A stretch of 64,000 nt of DNA from a virus, in IMG/VR virus record IMGVR_UViG_3300024581_002488, positions 3,064-67,063 of that record; one strand, written 5' to 3'. A program made the position numbers and the translations under genes. The notes under the pieces are model-generated. The model ran no database searches and was not told the DNA's origin. It saw only the letters and a program-made list of their open reading frames with translations. This document shows positions 62,448 to 64,000 of the stretch, one piece after another. The stretch's first letter is position 1; every line of letters begins with the position of its first letter.

Positions 62448-62636
62448 ATGCTTTTTGATAATCAAGTTGAACACGAGTTAGACATCATTGACGCTGAAGA
62501 AGCTCGACAACAGCAAGAACAAGCTTTGCTAGATGCTGAACTTGGTCTTGATACCTTAGAAGCCGGAGACCTGTTAGACGACCTGGCTTTCCTAGAAGAT
62601 ATGGGTATCGACCCTATGGATGCATTCGAGGTATAG
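62448..62636 (+). CDS. small highly acidic protein
   Basis: AAGGAGG RBS; D/E-rich 62 aa. Confidence 0.8.
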   Translation: MLFDNQVEHELDIIDAEEARQQQEQALLDAELGLDTLEAGDLLDDLAFLEDMGIDPMDAFEV

Positions 62637-62637
62637 A

Positions 62638-63198
62638 ATGGATAAACGAATTACATTTGAAGCCCTTAGTAAACGTAAGGGCACTATTGAACCTATTCTT
62701 GCAGGTACGGTCACTGGGCGCCTTGGGGCGTCTAAACCTGAGCTTCAAAATTTGCTCCCTAAACCTATGGATACTCGTCGACTAAAAGACCGCAGAACGT
62801 GTGAGCCTAAGATTGTAATAGGCCCTCGCCATGAATGGGTGCGAACTCGCTGGCCGGATTCTCCTGCCGATTTAGGCGCTTCTATTCATCAACAAATAGA
62901 CCGTGTACTTCGACACCAAGACCATGAGTTGGCGAAAGCTATCTTGTTTGGTAACTGGGATAACGAGCCTAAAGTGAATCAAGTCCATGATAGCCTTATC
63001 GTAGACGAACACGACTGGGATGCGATGAAAGAGTATTGTGAAATGGACATTATGGCTACTGAGCAAGCTCTGAAGTCTACTAAGCAAATCATGGCCGCGA
63101 TGGAAGACACTTTAGAGCTTGACCTCTTTGGCTCCGACGAGCCTGAATACAATGGTGACGATTTGATGGCAGCCGTTAGAAGTTTCTGTCGTCGATAA
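62638..63198 (+). CDS. hypothetical protein with scrambled PolA-like motif fragments
   Basis: GTVTGRLGASKPELQNL, AKAILFG, QVHDSLIV, EYCEMDIMATE; GAGGT RBS. Confidence 0.75.
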   Translation: MDKRITFEALSKRKGTIEPILAGTVTGRLGASKPELQNLLPKPMDTRRLKDRRTCEPKIVIGPRHEWVRTRWPDSPADLGASIHQQIDRVLRHQDHELAKAILFGNWDNEPKVNQVHDSLIVDEHDWDAMKEYCEMDIMATEQALKSTKQIMAAMEDTLELDLFGSDEPEYNGDDLMAAVRSFCRR

Positions 63199-63282
63199 TG
63201 GCATTAAACTTGTTTTATTAAGCGACTGGATAATAGCATAATTAATTTATCAACTGAGCAACAACAACATAAGGAGCCCATT

Positions 63283-63390
63283 ATGGCTAAACAATCAATG
63301 CATACCTCTAAACATCTTTCAAAAGCTAAACGTGCCAAGCGATTAGCTCGCAAAAGCAAGGAGCGTTATGTCAAGCATTATTGTAATTAG
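63283..63390 (+). CDS. 35-aa basic peptide
   Basis: MAKQSMHTSKHLSKAKRAKRLARKSKERYVKHYCN; AAGGAG RBS. Confidence 0.65.
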   Translation: MAKQSMHTSKHLSKAKRAKRLARKSKERYVKHYCN

Positions 63391-63598
63391 TCTGGTTGCC
63401 GCATTTACCTGGCGTGTCGTTGAGTTATGGCGATACGCTCAGGTGGAGCGAGAAATCTATCAGCAACACTCAGATTTTCTACTAAACCAGCTCAAAAGGA
63501 AGCGTGCCAATGTTTACATTGACAATTCTAGCAATAGTTCTAACGCCTTGCGTTCTTCTAGCAAAAGCTTTACAGTGGGAACGCCAGCGCAACCGTGA
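63368..63598 (+). CDS. single-TM hypothetical protein
   Basis: AAGGAG RBS; N-terminal hydrophobic helix. Confidence 0.65.
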   Translation: MSSIIVISLVAAFTWRVVELWRYAQVEREIYQQHSDFLLNQLKRKRANVYIDNSSNSSNALRSSSKSFTVGTPAQP

Positions 63599-63725
63599 TA
63601 AAGGCGTGCCAAACCTGGAACACATTCCCCTGGTTCTAGGTTATCATATGCACAAAGCGAACGGGCAATACCGATACGATAAGTATAAGGCTAAGTACGA
63701 CGCTATTAAATTCACCGAGGAGTGA
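63510..63725 (+). CDS. single-TM hypothetical protein
   Basis: AAGGAAG RBS; N-terminal hydrophobic helix. Confidence 0.6.
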   Translation: MFTLTILAIVLTPCVLLAKALQWERQRNRDKGVPNLEHIPLVLGYHMHKANGQYRYDKYKAKYDAIKFTEE

Positions 63726-63729
63726 TACC

Positions 63730-64000
63730 ATGAGTAATATCCTGAATAGTCAACAACTTATATACTCAATGACTAACCACAAGCTAGGCAATTCTGGTAT
63801 AATCTGTGTTGGCTATACGACCAACGTAATTGCGACCTTGCACGTCCAACACACTAAAGATTTCTGCTATGACTATATGCGACTTTTCTGCGCCAAGCAC
63901 TTGAAAATCCCATACGTTCATAATGATACTGAGTTGGTCATAAATGAGAAGCTTCAGACTATCGACCTCTATCGCCGTAAGATACCATACAAAGTAGATA
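63730..64000 (+). CDS. hypothetical protein, truncated by the window end
   Basis: GAGGAG RBS; open frame MSNILNSQQL... to 64000. Confidence 0.65.
   Translation, partial: MSNILNSQQLIYSMTNHKLGNSGIICVGYTTNVIATLHVQHTKDFCYDYMRLFCAKHLKIPYVHNDTELVINEKLQTIDLYRRKIPYKVD

Overview
This window is most of a tailed dsDNA phage genome (siphovirus type). It contains no integrase, repressor, RNA polymerase or CRISPR array. Layout: (i) 1-3900, a sparsely coding region of extreme and alternating composition, with G-tract clusters, short repeats, a 32-bp palindrome, a very AT-rich block and a few small convergent genes; it may contain the physical terminus, pac site or origin. (ii) 3925-9522, small + strand accessory genes, including an Acb1-like 2H phosphodiesterase, a SEC-C protein and an HNH endonuclease. 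(iii) 9569-37120, the + strand virion and lysis operon: terminases, portal, scaffold, YuA/RDJL-type capsid, tail with a -1 frameshift chaperone, RcGTA g12-g15-like tail tip, fibres, SleB-type endolysin, holin, spanins and a metallophosphoesterase. (iv) 37117-58919, a - strand Chi-like replication and nucleotide arm: primase-helicase, DUF2800, DUF2815 SSB, PolA, RNase H, SNF2 helicase, a thymidylate-synthase homolog, dCMP deaminase, a MazG-Nmad1 fusion and Myb-like/HTH proteins. This arm is interrupted by an inverted two-gene fibre cassette and carries one tRNA-Asn. (v) 59246-64000, + strand early genes including denV. Best leads: a tRNA-Asn plus holin-like gene bracketed by two structured RNAs able to pair with each other; a TS homolog with Asp at the dUMP/dCMP specificity position, coupled to a dCMP deaminase; early proteins built of scrambled DNA-polymerase motifs; three G-quadruplex motifs in the putative terminal region; and strong GATC avoidance. 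All family assignments are by-eye motif recognition; no database searches were run.
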